64,000 nt of DNA, from the NCBI GenBank assembly GCA_965222115.1, contig CBDCTJ010000007.1, forward strand, positions 992,001 through 1,056,000, given 5' to 3'. Numbering within the stretch: the first letter of the stretch is position 1; every line of letters starts with the position of its first letter. A program made the translations under genes and the position numbers. Below, piece after piece: positions 46,737 through 55,615 of this stretch. The notes under the pieces are model-generated. The model did not search any database, was not told the origin of the DNA, and was given only the letters and a program-made list of their open reading frames with translations. This DNA is from Planctomycetota bacterium. GTDB lineage: Bacteria; Planctomycetota; PLA2; JAEUHO01.

Positions 46737-48044
46737 ATGGTGGATCTACGCAATTCGTCACGGACGCCACGCGCGTGGTTGCTGGCGCTGCCCTTCGTGC
46801 TTGTGCTCGCGTTCGGCCTTGCCAGCTGCGGCGGTGACGATTCCAGCGACACGGACGGCGCGGGCAACAATGCTGCAACGTCCGGCAATGGGGATCTGGC
46901 AAACGAGGATCCTGCGAAGAACGGTGGTCAGGATCCCGTTGATAAGACGGATGGTGACACGTCTACATCTTCAGGGGTTGTTCATCAGGGGACTCTTAGC
47001 GTTGGCGTGATTCTCCCCATGACGGGACCGCATGCGACCTATGGCGAGGAATCTTGGAACGGTTTGCAACTCGCCGAAGAGGACCTGATGGCAGCCGGCC
47101 TCCCCATGAAGATCAAACTGATACGACGCGACGAGAAATCGACGCCGCAGGAAGCGCGCACGCAGGCCAAGGTGCTGATTGAGAACGACGGTGTGGATGT
47201 GCTCATCGGCTCAGTGGCGTCGTCAAACACGAAGGGCATATTTCTGGTGGCGCGCGAGGCGGAAGTGCCGTGCATCAGCCCGGCCTCCACCAACGACAAA
47301 CTCACCATCGAAGGCGGTCCCTACACCAGCCGCATTTGCTTCAAAGACAGTTTTCAGGGGGCCGTGCTTGCAAAGTTCGCGCTCAGCCAAGGCTGGAAAA
47401 AGGTTGCGATCGCGTGCGACAAGGCGCAGGACTACTCCATTGGCCTCAAGGACAACTTCATCCCCATCTTCAAGAAAGGCGGCGGGGAAGTTACCGAGGC
47501 CTACTTCACCAGTGACGACACCGATTTTTCCAATGTGATTCAGTCCGTTGCGAGCGCGAGCCCCGACGCCATCTTCATCTCGGGCTACTACGAGCAAGCC
47601 GGTCCGATGATTAAGCAATCCAAAGGCAAATGGGATGGCAAACCCATTTTCGGTGGCGACGGGCTGGACTCGCCCAATCTTGTTCAACTCGTCGGAGATA
47701 CGAAAGCCGACATCTACTTGTCGTCGCATTTTGCCGCGAACGCGCCTATCAAGCAGGTTCAGGAGTTTGCCAAGCGATACAAGAACCGCTTCGGTGAGGC
47801 ACCCGGTGCCATGGCCGCTCTTGGGTATGACGTCCTGGTGGTCTTGATGGACGCCGTGCGTCGCTGCAAGGAACCTAAAGATCCTGAAGTGTTGGCGAAG
47901 ACCATCGCGGCAACAACAGGCGTGAAGGGCATTACGGGCACCATCAACATGAACACGCCCGACCGCACGCCCATCAAAGACGCGGTCATTGTGAAGGTTG
48001 ACGGGGGACTGAAGTTCTTCAAGTCCATACCTGCGACTGAATAG
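46737..48044 (+). CDS. livK: Branched-chain amino acid ABC transporter substrate-binding lipoprotein
   Basis: Lipobox LASC; PMTG..A.YG, ISPAST, R.CF.DSFQG, GGDG, GYD. Confidence 0.9.
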   Translation: MVDLRNSSRTPRAWLLALPFVLVLAFGLASCGGDDSSDTDGAGNNAATSGNGDLANEDPAKNGGQDPVDKTDGDTSTSSGVVHQGTLSVGVILPMTGPHATYGEESWNGLQLAEEDLMAAGLPMKIKLIRRDEKSTPQEARTQAKVLIENDGVDVLIGSVASSNTKGIFLVAREAEVPCISPASTNDKLTIEGGPYTSRICFKDSFQGAVLAKFALSQGWKKVAIACDKAQDYSIGLKDNFIPIFKKGGGEVTEAYFTSDDTDFSNVIQSVASASPDAIFISGYYEQAGPMIKQSKGKWDGKPIFGGDGLDSPNLVQLVGDTKADIYLSSHFAANAPIKQVQEFAKRYKNRFGEAPGAMAALGYDVLVVLMDAVRRCKEPKDPEVLAKTIAATTGVKGITGTINMNTPDRTPIKDAVIVKVDGGLKFFKSIPATE

Positions 48045-48066
48045 ATAGGGCTCCAGCCGCCCACGC

Positions 48067-49170
48067 GTGTCTGAGTTCTTCGACTACTTCCTAAACGGCC
48101 TAGGCCTTGGCGCGATCTTCGCGTTCATCGCGCTCGGCTACACGATGGTCTACGGGATCATCAAGCTCATTAACTTCGCGCACGGCGAGTTCTTCATGGT
48201 CGGTGCGTTCGTGGGCTATTTCTGCCTGCGCGATTTGGACCTCGAGTACCTCCCGCTGCCCCAGCCGTTACCGATTGTCGTCGATTTCTTGGTGGCACTG
48301 TTGGCGGCTGCATTGGCTGCTGCCATTCTGGCTGTGATTACGGAACGCGTCGCGTATCGCCCTGTGCGCTCAGCCGGTCGTATCGCCGCGCTACTTACAG
48401 CCGTGGGCGTATCGCTCTTGCTCCAGAATCTGGGCATCCAAATCTGGGGCGCTAAGAAGCGCGCTTATCCCGACCCCAAGGTGCCGGTGGCGGTCGCTGA
48501 ACTCAATGGCCCTCTCAGGCACTCGCTGTGGACGGACACGGTATTCACCACCACGTCCGGCGAGACTGTAAAAGAGGTCAAACAGCTCGCGTCCGAGGGC
48601 GACACGGTTAGCGAGGCGATGAAGACGTCGTGGGAGGAGAAGGGGCACGACAGGGTCTACCGGCGCATCACCATTAGCAAGACGACCTATCAGTGGTTTG
48701 TGATTGCGTTGTTGATCTTGTTTACGCCCATTCTTTGGTGGCTCGTCAAGCGCACTCGACTTGGCAAAGCGATGCGCGCGGTGTCGGAGGATGCAGACGC
48801 CGGGCAGTTGATGGGGATTCCGATCAACTGGGTCGTGGCCGCCACGTTTTTCCTAGGTGCGTTCGTGGCCGGCATTGGCGGCGTGGCCTACATGGCCACC
48901 TATGGCGTAGTGTTTCCGCTTGTCGGATTCTTGCCGGGCTTGAAGGCGTTTGTCGCGGCCGTAATTGGCGGTATCGGCTCCATTCCCGGCGCAATCGTCG
49001 GTGGCCTCATCTTAGGGCTGGCCGAGTCCATTATTCCCTACGCGCTTACGAAGATGGGGTGGTCCGAAGCGTTTGCATGGAAGGACGCCATTGCGTTTGC
49101 GTTCTTGATCGTAGTGCTTGTCGTCAAACCCACCGGTATCTTTGGAACTGATGTTCGGGAGAAGGTGTAG
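48067..49170 (+). CDS. livH: BCAA ABC transporter permease
   Basis: ALGYTMVYGIIKLINFAHGE, GKAMRAVS, KAFVAAVIGGIGS. Confidence 0.94.
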   Translation: MSEFFDYFLNGLGLGAIFAFIALGYTMVYGIIKLINFAHGEFFMVGAFVGYFCLRDLDLEYLPLPQPLPIVVDFLVALLAAALAAAILAVITERVAYRPVRSAGRIAALLTAVGVSLLLQNLGIQIWGAKKRAYPDPKVPVAVAELNGPLRHSLWTDTVFTTTSGETVKEVKQLASEGDTVSEAMKTSWEEKGHDRVYRRITISKTTYQWFVIALLILFTPILWWLVKRTRLGKAMRAVSEDADAGQLMGIPINWVVAATFFLGAFVAGIGGVAYMATYGVVFPLVGFLPGLKAFVAAVIGGIGSIPGAIVGGLILGLAESIIPYALTKMGWSEAFAWKDAIAFAFLIVVLVVKPTGIFGTDVREKV

Positions 49171-50186
49171 TGCCGGGCGGGTTCCTAACCACTCTCCATA
49201 CGTGGACTACGCCGTTGGCGTTCGGGACCTATTGGTGGACCGATCTGCTGGTGCTGACCTGCATCTACGCTCTGCTCGCACTTTCACTCAACTTCATTAA
49301 TGGTTACGCCAAGATGTTCAGTTTGGGGCATCACGGATTTTACGCCATGGGTGCCTACGGCGCGGCGTGGCTCACGCGCACATTGCACGACACGGCATTC
49401 TTTGCGTCCGTGGGTGGTCCTGCGGTGTTCGTTCTGAGCGCGCTTTTCGCCATGTTGGTGGCGGCCATCGGCGGCATCATCATTGGTCTGCCGTGTTTGC
49501 GACTGCGCGGCGACTACTTAGCAATTGCCACGTTGGGCTTTGGCGAAATTGTACGCATTGCGCTTGCCAACTCCCGCGAAGACACGTTGGGTGGCAGCCT
49601 CGGAATCACTATTCCGCGTGTCTTGATCAAGAAAACCCGAAAGACAACGGGCGACTTTTATCTTGTTTTTTTGGCTCTTGGCGTGGTCTTGGTCATCTTG
49701 ATTGCATGGGCCATACGCAACTACATTAAGTCGGCCAAGGGACGCGCCTTGTTGGCAACGGCGCAAGATGAGCGAGCCGCGGGGTTGCTCGGCATCAATC
49801 CCACCACGTCCAAGGTGACGGCGTTCGTACTGGGATCTAGCGTGGCAGGTCTAGCAGGAGCACTTTACGCTCACTACCAGGCCACCATCGCGCCGCTCGA
49901 TTTCCAGTTTATGGAAACGGTCAAGATCTTCTTGATCGTGGTGCTTGGCGGGCTGGGATCAATTAGCGGCTGTCTCTTGGCGGCTTTCCTTCTCATGTTC
50001 GTAGAGAAAGTGCTCGCGACGCAATTGCCCGAGAGCATTCAGTGGATGCAGGATTGGTGGCAAGTGGAGTACGCCGCCATCCTCGTCTTGCTCATGATCT
50101 TTTTGCCACGCGGCATGTTTGGCAATCGCGAGATAACGGACTTGTTCAAGAGGCAAACAATGCCCACGCCGGGATCTAAACCATGA
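49170..50186 (+). CDS. livM: BCAA ABC transporter permease
   Basis: SLGH.GF, LRLRGDYLAIATLGFGEI, VVLGGLGS. Confidence 0.94.
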   Translation: MPGGFLTTLHTWTTPLAFGTYWWTDLLVLTCIYALLALSLNFINGYAKMFSLGHHGFYAMGAYGAAWLTRTLHDTAFFASVGGPAVFVLSALFAMLVAAIGGIIIGLPCLRLRGDYLAIATLGFGEIVRIALANSREDTLGGSLGITIPRVLIKKTRKTTGDFYLVFLALGVVLVILIAWAIRNYIKSAKGRALLATAQDERAAGLLGINPTTSKVTAFVLGSSVAGLAGALYAHYQATIAPLDFQFMETVKIFLIVVLGGLGSISGCLLAAFLLMFVEKVLATQLPESIQWMQDWWQVEYAAILVLLMIFLPRGMFGNREITDLFKRQTMPTPGSKP

Positions 50187-50968
50187 GCGAGGGTAGAGGT
50201 GCAAAGCGGCTGTTCGAGACCCGGGGCGCCACCAAGCGTTACGGCGGACTTGTGGCTGTATCGGATGTGAGTCTGCACCTGCACGCGGGCGAACTGGTGG
50301 GACTGATTGGTCCCAACGGCGCGGGTAAAACGACGCTCTTCAATCTCATTACGGGTGCCGATCCCGTAACGTCGGGCACGATTCACTTCGATGGTCAGGA
50401 TGTAACAGAGTTCCGTGATTTCGAGCGAGCGCGCTTGGGCATGGCGCGCACGTTTCAGAACATTCGCTTATGGCCTGAGATGAGTGCGCTTGACAACGTA
50501 CGTGCTGTCTACCAAGGGCCGCGTGGGAATAGTGGCTTTGGGGCCGTATTTCGGCTGCGAGCGTTTCGTCGATCGGAAGCCGCCATTCGCGAGACGTCGT
50601 TGGATCTCATGGAGCGCCTTGAGCTCATGGGCTATGCCGACATCCCCGCCGTGGATTTGCCCTATGGCGACCAGCGAAAGCTCGAGATTTGCCGCGCATT
50701 GGCGCTCGATCCGAAGCTCTTGTTGCTGGACGAGCCGGCGGCGGGAATGAACCCAACCGAGAAGGCGGAGCTCATGGAGACCGTGCGTCGCGTTCGCGAC
50801 GAGTTTTCGCTCACTATTTTGCTCATCGAGCATGACATGAAGTTCGTGATGGGCATCTGCGAACGCATCTATGTGATTGACTACGGTAAGGAGATCGCCC
50901 ACGGCACACCAGAGGAGATTCGAACCAACCCCAAGGTGATTGAGGCCTACTTGGGGGGAACCGACTGA
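50183..50968 (+). CDS. livG: BCAA ABC transporter ATPase
   Basis: GPNGAGKTT, ARTFQN, LPYG, LLDEPAAG, IEHDM. Confidence 0.95.
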   Translation: MSEGRGAKRLFETRGATKRYGGLVAVSDVSLHLHAGELVGLIGPNGAGKTTLFNLITGADPVTSGTIHFDGQDVTEFRDFERARLGMARTFQNIRLWPEMSALDNVRAVYQGPRGNSGFGAVFRLRAFRRSEAAIRETSLDLMERLELMGYADIPAVDLPYGDQRKLEICRALALDPKLLLLDEPAAGMNPTEKAELMETVRRVRDEFSLTILLIEHDMKFVMGICERIYVIDYGKEIAHGTPEEIRTNPKVIEAYLGGTD

Positions 50969-51672
50969 TGCTTAGACTCACAGACGTCGAAGTCTTCTAT
51001 GGCAACATCCGCGCGCTGCATGGCATATCACTTGAAGTCAATCAAGGCGAGATCGTCACGCTGATCGGAAGTAACGGCGCGGGCAAAACGACAACGTTGC
51101 GCACCATTTCTGGATTGCTTGCGCCGCGGCAAGGTCAAATTGAGTTTGGACCCGGGCGAATTGACGGGATGCGCGCGGATCGTGTGGTGGCAGCCGGTAT
51201 TGCGCAGTCTCCCGAAGGTCGGCGAATCTTTACTGATCTCACGGTGCGTGAGAACTTGGAGATGGGTGCCTATCTCATTCGCGACGCAAAGAAAGCGTCG
51301 TCCATGCTCGAGCGCGTGTTCTCACTCTTTCCGCGCTTGGAAGAACGCCTTGGACAATCCGGCGGCACGCTTTCGGGTGGGGAGCAGCAGATGCTCGCCA
51401 TCGGCCGCGCGCTCATGGCCCACCCCAAGCTCCTTTTGCTGGATGAACCGAGCCTGGGAATCGCGCCCATCCTCGTTCAAGAGATCTTTCGCGAGATCAA
51501 GAACATCAATCAGACGCTCGGCACCACCATTCTTATTGTTGAACAGAACGCCAATCAGGCGCTCAAGCTCGCCGACCGTGGCTACGTCATCGAAACCGGC
51601 CACATTGTGCTTGAGGGGCCAGCCGACAAGTTGCTTCATGACCCGCAAGTGCGTGAGGCCTACCTCGGATGA
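50968..51672 (+). CDS. livF: BCAA ABC transporter ATPase
   Basis: GSNGAGKTT, PEGRRIF, LSGGEQQMLA, LDEPSLG, VEQNA. Confidence 0.95.
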   Translation: MLRLTDVEVFYGNIRALHGISLEVNQGEIVTLIGSNGAGKTTTLRTISGLLAPRQGQIEFGPGRIDGMRADRVVAAGIAQSPEGRRIFTDLTVRENLEMGAYLIRDAKKASSMLERVFSLFPRLEERLGQSGGTLSGGEQQMLAIGRALMAHPKLLLLDEPSLGIAPILVQEIFREIKNINQTLGTTILIVEQNANQALKLADRGYVIETGHIVLEGPADKLLHDPQVREAYLG

Positions 51673-52415
51673 CCGCGTCCACGCCGAAGCGTGCGGCGGT
51701 AGTGCTCCTTAGCGGTGGCATGGATTCGGCGACGGCCGCTGCCATGGTGCGGCGCGAAGGCTATGACGTGATGGCGCTGTCGGTGGACTATGGACAGCGT
51801 CATGCCGTGGAACTCGAAGCGGCCCGGATGGTGGCCGCCTCCATGTCGATCGAACGCCACGAAATCGTGCGCGTTGATCTCTCGCGTCTGGGTGGGAGCG
51901 CACTGACCGATCCCGCAATTGCGATTCCCAAGGACCGACCGGTAGAAACCGCTGACGACATTCCTGCGACCTACGTTCCCGCTCGCAACATCGTCTTCGC
52001 GTCGTTGGGCTTGGCGGCGGTAGAGAGTTGGCATGCCGATGCGCTGGTGCTCGGCATCAATGCGGTTGACTACTCTGGCTACCCCGATTGCCGTCCTGCG
52101 TTCGTGGACGCGTTCCAGCATGTTGCCCATGTAGGAACACGACGCGGTGTCGAGGGCGCGGCGCCCAAACTTCTCACACCGCTGATCGATATGACGAAGG
52201 CGGCCATCGTCAAGACGGCATCGGAACTTGAGGTGCCTTTGCATATGACACTCTCGTGTTACGACCCACAAGATCGCAATGAATTGGCGTCTTCCATTGA
52301 CTCGCAATCCCATGTTTCATGGCGAGCTTGCGCAACGTGCGATGCGTGCCAGCTTCGAATCGCGGGCTTTGCAGAGGCGGGCATCGAGGACCCGGCCTTG
52401 CACCCAGTGCGTTGA
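51669..52415 (+). CDS. queC: 7-cyano-7-deazaguanine synthase
   Basis: LSGGMDS, DYGQRH, TYVPARN, DYSGYPDCR, SCY...C..CDAC..R. Confidence 0.96.
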   Translation: MTASTPKRAAVVLLSGGMDSATAAAMVRREGYDVMALSVDYGQRHAVELEAARMVAASMSIERHEIVRVDLSRLGGSALTDPAIAIPKDRPVETADDIPATYVPARNIVFASLGLAAVESWHADALVLGINAVDYSGYPDCRPAFVDAFQHVAHVGTRRGVEGAAPKLLTPLIDMTKAAIVKTASELEVPLHMTLSCYDPQDRNELASSIDSQSHVSWRACATCDACQLRIAGFAEAGIEDPALHPVR

Positions 52416-52419
52416 CCGG

Positions 52420-52615
52420 ACCCCAATAATGGACCTTTCGTGGCTTTGAGGTAGGCGTTGACTCATTCTGACGACCGCTGGGTGCCCCCAAGACCATCGA
52501 ATCGAGATCCCGCTCACGTGTGATGGCAAGCGCACGGTTCGATGGGTTCCTGCAACACGGAATGTGGTTTTTCGTGAACGCAACTTGGCGAGAGTTCGCC
52601 GTGCAGGGAAGGCAG
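52420..52615 (-). ncRNA. Candidate structured RNA, possibly 6S-like
   Basis: ~190-nt ORF-free stretch with nested stems (CCATCGAA/TTCGATGG; CGCTTGC/GTGAGCG) and GGAACCC...GGGCACCCA motifs reminiscent of 6S RNA. Not verified. Confidence 0.3.
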
Positions 52616-52760
52616 GTGTTCCGTCCGATAGGTGCGTGTCGACGAGAGTCGAGCCGCGATGCGCTGCAACGCAACGCGGTGGTCCAGACTGAGTATTTGC
52701 CCTGTCAACCCAAAACCTTCCACCACATCCCGAATCTCACAAGTCCCCTCAGTTTGGATC

Positions 52761-52804
52761 GGCGTTGTTGGGCCCACCACCCAACAACGCCACCTTTCTT
52801 TTTG
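52761..52804 (+). terminator. Intrinsic terminator
   Basis: Perfect 12-bp stem GGCGTTGTTGGG/CCCAACAACGCC followed by ACCTTTCTTTTT. Confidence 0.7.
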
Positions 52805-52811
52805 GTCGGTT

Positions 52812-53120
52812 GCGCACTTTGCAAACACGAACGACTTACTGGATGCTCGGTCTCACTTGCTCCGTCGTCCTTGCGTAGCAGACTACGCGGCGTCCTCCGT
52901 AGCGGCGCGATACCTTCGCCCCAGCAAGCCGCTTGGTTGGAGCGCGCTTAAGAGCTGAAATCACCTCGATTTAGGGGTGCTGACCGTTGGATGCTCGGTC
53001 CTGCACGTCCGTGTCGTTCTTGCGTAGCTCGGCTACGCGGCGGCCTCCACGAACGCACATTACCGTCGCCCCAACGATCCGATTGCGTATTCAAGCTCAT
53101 CTTAACTAGGCAGCTCGTTA
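52812..53120. repeat. Two tandem long imperfect palindromes (REP/MITE-like), period ~148 bp
   Basis: TGGATGCTCGGTC...CTTGCGTAG..CTACGCGGCG.CCTCC...TACC.TCGCCCCA at 52840 and 52988. Confidence 0.8.
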
Positions 53121-53279
53121 CTGGGGGCTCACGGGACGTCTTCCGTTGCTTGCGAACTCTTGGGTAGCTATGGGGCGCGTTTCGCGAGTTCGTGTTGGTT
53201 TGGGCGACTGAGAGTCGCGGATGGAGACGCGAGCTTCCAATGATGGGGTGCGTGGGCCGTTGGGTTGTAAGCTTGCGCC

Positions 53280-54926
53280 ATGAACTCAGCACGACGATGC
53301 GGGCTTCTCTTGTTGATGTCGGTTGTTGCGTCGTGTGGAGGGTCGGGTGGTGGGGGAGGGAGTGGCGGCGGGACGACGCCGCCCACGAGTTGGCGCAGTG
53401 CGTATTATCCGGTGGATTGGATGCCGGGGGACGTGGATGCTGAGGGACGGGCATTGCCGGATGTTTCGTATGCCGGATATAAATATGGAACAAGCGCGCC
53501 GGTGCGGCCGGCGGGGCCGGTTGTGGATGTGGTTGTTGATCACGGGGCGAATAATAGCGGTACGGGCGATGCAACAGCCGCGGTGCAGGCAGCGATTGAT
53601 GCGATCGAGGCGCTTGGTGGGGGGGTGGTGTTCTTTCCGGCGGGTACGTATCGCGTCGATGATGTGCTGCGTGTCGAAACAGATGGCGTGGTGTTGCGTG
53701 GCGAAGATGCCGATACGACGCAGTTGGCGTTTTCACGTCATGCCGGGATGTCGGACAAGGCGCATCTGACTTTTGCAGGCAACGTTTGGTTGGGTGCGCA
53801 CGTTTTGTTGTCGGCAGATGGTGAACGTGATTCGCATGACGTGTTCGTAGATGACGCTTCTTCGTATGTCGTGGGCGACACTGTCATTGTGGGTTGGACG
53901 ATTACGCCCGAGTTTGTTACCGAGCACGCGATGGACGGAACGTGGGGGCCCTTCAATGGCCAGTGGCAGCCGTTCTTTCGACGTGAGATTACCGCCATCG
54001 ACATGGCGGCGTCGCCCAACAAGATCACGGTGGACGTGCCGCTGCGCTATGTGGCAAAGACGCGTGACGCTGCGAGCATTCGCAAGGCATCGGTGTATCT
54101 ACGCGATGTCGCATTGGAGTCGATTGGTGTATCGACGGCAGTTGGATGGAATGATGCGTGGGCCGAAGAGCGCACCCATGCAGTGCGCATGGAAGGCGTG
54201 GTGGATGGCTGGATTCATGGCGTAAAGTCTCGCGTTTCCCCCTTCGCACCCACCAGTGGATCCGGGGCCAACGCGCATCTTCAGAATTGCGGCATTCTCA
54301 TTCTGGAGAGTCAGCGTGTAACTGTTGCTGAGTCGTCGATGGCGTTTGCCCAACATCGCGGCGGAGGGGGCTGTGGCTATCTCTTCGAGATCCGACAGTC
54401 GAGCGAAGTTCTCACGCGGGATTGCGACGCACGGGCGGGTCGGCACGGCTTCATTCAGAACTGGGGCTTTGGCGCGAGCGGTTGCGTGTGGTTGCGCTGC
54501 ACCAGTCGCGATGGGCTGGCGCTCTTCAGTCAAGCCTTCCCCACGATTGGCTCCCTCGGCTACAGTGAGTATCACCATTCACTTGCCATGGCGAATCTCG
54601 TGGATCAATGTGAAATTCACGATGGATGGTCCGCCGTCAATCGCGGGACGTTTAGCAGCGGCGCAGGTCATTCATCCACGCGCTGCGTGCTTTGGAACAC
54701 CACCGGAACGGGCAACCTGCGATCCGCGCAGTGGGGGTACGGGTACGTGATAGGAACCTCGCCGAGCTTAAGCGTGGATGTTTCGCCCACCACAGGGACT
54801 GCGGGTACGGCACCAACAGACGTGACCGAAGGTCTTGGCGAGCCCCTGCCCTTGGATCCACCCTCGCTTTATGAAGATCAGTTTCAGCGGCGCACCGGTT
54901 CGTCACCGGAGTCTGCGGGGCCCTAG
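53280..54926 (+). CDS. Lipoprotein with pectate-lyase-like beta-helix (polysaccharide-active)
   Basis: Lipobox VASC, Gly linker, LPDVSYAGY, DATAAVQAAID...GGGVVFFPAGTY, VVLRGE. Confidence 0.82.
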   Translation: MNSARRCGLLLLMSVVASCGGSGGGGGSGGGTTPPTSWRSAYYPVDWMPGDVDAEGRALPDVSYAGYKYGTSAPVRPAGPVVDVVVDHGANNSGTGDATAAVQAAIDAIEALGGGVVFFPAGTYRVDDVLRVETDGVVLRGEDADTTQLAFSRHAGMSDKAHLTFAGNVWLGAHVLLSADGERDSHDVFVDDASSYVVGDTVIVGWTITPEFVTEHAMDGTWGPFNGQWQPFFRREITAIDMAASPNKITVDVPLRYVAKTRDAASIRKASVYLRDVALESIGVSTAVGWNDAWAEERTHAVRMEGVVDGWIHGVKSRVSPFAPTSGSGANAHLQNCGILILESQRVTVAESSMAFAQHRGGGGCGYLFEIRQSSEVLTRDCDARAGRHGFIQNWGFGASGCVWLRCTSRDGLALFSQAFPTIGSLGYSEYHHSLAMANLVDQCEIHDGWSAVNRGTFSSGAGHSSTRCVLWNTTGTGNLRSAQWGYGYVIGTSPSLSVDVSPTTGTAGTAPTDVTEGLGEPLPLDPPSLYEDQFQRRTGSSPESAGP

Positions 54927-54994
54927 CATCTGTCTCTCGTCGCGCGGTCGGATTTCCTCTGACACTCTGACTACCATCTTCCCCTTATAGAAGT

Positions 54995-55615
54995 ATGGCA
55001 ACACACGAATCATCTCTACGAGGGAACGGCGGCCTGCAGTCGTCGACTGAGGCGCTATGCACTCGGGCGCAGCTGGGTGACGAGGAGGCGCGGGCGGCGC
55101 TCTTTGATGCCGCTGTCGAGAAGGCCAGGCTCTTTGTGCGGCTGCGCCTCGGCCCTCGTCTTCGAACGCGGCTCGATTCGCAAGACGTACTGCAGGAGGC
55201 CTTCATCGAAGCCCACCGTGCCTTTGACCGCTTCGAGTATCGCGGTTCGGGATCGTTCACACGCTGGCTCTGTCGCTTGATTGAAAATCGAATACGCGGG
55301 CTTGCCGACCATTACGATGCAAAGAAGCGACAACCGCCCGGTGAAATGGCACGCGTATCTCAAGTCGCTGGACGCCTTGCGCAGGCTACGCTTGATCCCG
55401 CCAAACAGGTGCAGCAACAGGAAACGCACCGGCGTTTGGTAGAGGGCGTTGACAATCTTGAAGCCGATCAACGTGAGGTGTTGTTGCTAAGGTTCTTTCA
55501 AGATCGTTCGATCACAGAAATTGCCACCTTGACCGAATGCAGTACGTCCACAGTTCGCAGACTCATGGGACGCGCCGCTTTGGCACTCGGCGAACATCTT
55601 GAGCAGGCGCCTTAG
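54995..55615 (+). CDS. ECF sigma factor, planctomycete-type
   Basis: RLRTRLDSQDVLQEAFIEAH...F..WL..I; region 4 QREVLLLRFF...EIA...STVRR. Confidence 0.9.
   Translation: MATHESSLRGNGGLQSSTEALCTRAQLGDEEARAALFDAAVEKARLFVRLRLGPRLRTRLDSQDVLQEAFIEAHRAFDRFEYRGSGSFTRWLCRLIENRIRGLADHYDAKKRQPPGEMARVSQVAGRLAQATLDPAKQVQQQETHRRLVEGVDNLEADQREVLLLRFFQDRSITEIATLTECSTSTVRRLMGRAALALGEHLEQAP

Noticed and set aside
52703-52708. Perfect TTGACA on the minus strand upstream of the candidate RNA
   Set aside because: There is no -10 box at 16-18 bp spacing.
52520-52958. ORFs in the gap after queC
   Set aside because: They run through a terminator and palindromic repeats and have atypical composition.
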